A stretch of DNA of 32,000 bases from Pirellula staleyi DSM 6068 (lineage in GTDB: Bacteria; Planctomycetota; Planctomycetia; Pirellulales; Pirellulaceae), in the NCBI GenBank assembly GCA_000025185.1, contig CP001848.1, positions 1,350,001-1,382,000 of the forward strand, written 5' to 3'. The stretch's first letter is position 1; each line of letters opens with the position of its first letter. Made by a program: the position numbers and the translations under genes. This document shows, piece by piece, positions 31,485-32,000 of the stretch. The notes below the pieces were generated by a model. The model was not told the origin of the DNA. It was given only the letters and a program-made list of their open reading frames with translations, and did no database searches.

Positions 31485-32000
31485 GGCGAAAAACACTCGA
31501 CACCAGCGACAGCCTGGAGCTGCTGCTCGACACCATCTCGAACGCCTTTGGAGGGATTCTGTTCCTCGCGCTGCTGGTCGGTTTACTGCTGCAAATGTCG
31601 CATCGCCCTTCAGCCCCGGTAGAAGTCGACCCCCAGGCAGAAGTGGAGATGATCGAGCTCGACGCCGCCTTGACCGAAGCACTTGCGCAACTGGAATCGC
31701 TCGAGCGCTCGGTTGCGCTGCAGCGGCAATCGCGCGAGCGATTGGTCGACCCCAGCACCGAGCAGATCGCCGCCGAGGTGCGCGCGTCGCGCGCCGAGGT
31801 TAGTGACCTCGAGAAGAAAATCGAGGCTGCCCGCAAGAGTGCCAGCACTACCCAGGTGGAGATCGACGCACTGCGCCGCAGTTCGACGGAGCTCGATAGC
31901 AAACTGGCCACAGCCAAAACCGATCAGGCGGAAGTTGCCAGTCGACTGAAGCGCGAGCAGCTGTTGCGTTCGCAAGTGATAGCGCCTCCCCGAACGCGTG
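31481..32000 (+). CDS. Second Asp-in-TM (Asp17) anchor + coiled-coil protein, 3'-partial (runs off the window)
   Basis: Not in the ORF track because no stop occurs in the window. My translation from the ATG at 31481 is open to 32000: MRRKTLDTSDSLELLLDTISNAFGGILFLALLVGLLL..., then coiled coil. The ATG overlaps the upstream stop (ATGA, 31481-31484). Asp17 codon at 31529-31531. Confidence 0.7.
   Translation, partial: MRRKTLDTSDSLELLLDTISNAFGGILFLALLVGLLLQMSHRPSAPVEVDPQAEVEMIELDAALTEALAQLESLERSVALQRQSRERLVDPSTEQIAAEVRASRAEVSDLEKKIEAARKSASTTQVEIDALRRSSTELDSKLATAKTDQAEVASRLKREQLLRSQVIAPPRTR

Noticed and set aside
29748-32000. Calling the MotA-like trio a Zorya (ZorAB) system.
   Set aside because: The MotA-like protein is short (296 aa) with no long C-terminal tail. 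The partners show no peptidoglycan-binding domain in the visible sequence, and no ZorC/ZorD/ZorE-like genes are visible. Only the general stator logic is shared.

Overview
High-GC (about 60-65 %) bacterial chromosomal segment. The gene style (very long Pro-rich single-pass proteins, GYF_2 modules, Zn-ribbon Ser/Thr kinase) suggests a Planctomycetota-like genome; that is inference only.

Left to right:
- A phosphodiesterase/alkaline-phosphatase-family gene.
- A 139-bp MITE-like structured element.
- A roughly 3.4-kb block of clearly lower GC (about 40-50 %) carrying a ComM/YifB-type AAA+ gene and a Zn-ribbon-GYF-HIRAN gene.
- An AlkD-like DNA alkylation repair gene and an NhaR-like LysR regulator.
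- A minus-strand run encoding a TIR-like/P-loop STAND/TPR protein, a Zn-ribbon Ser/Thr kinase with a polytopic C-terminus, and a small helical protein.
- A minus-strand ApbE / FMN-binding / NapH-NapG-like polyferredoxin redox operon.
- From about 18.4 kb to the window end, nine co-directional plus-strand genes.

The nine-gene cluster is the most interesting content. It encodes a Zn-ribbon GTPase with all G motifs, a membrane protein with a GAP1-N-like N-terminus, and a 987-aa helical single-pass protein. It also encodes a double-GYF polytopic protein and a MotA/ExbB-type channel with two Asp-in-TM coiled-coil partners. I read this as a candidate membrane-embedded, GTPase-centred system coupled to a proton-motive stator, a combination I do not know as described. 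A sharp GC drop inside the GAP1-like gene suggests its extracytoplasmic C-terminal module was exchanged.

No rRNA, tRNA or CRISPR array was recognised. All family assignments come from motif recognition by eye; no database search was run.
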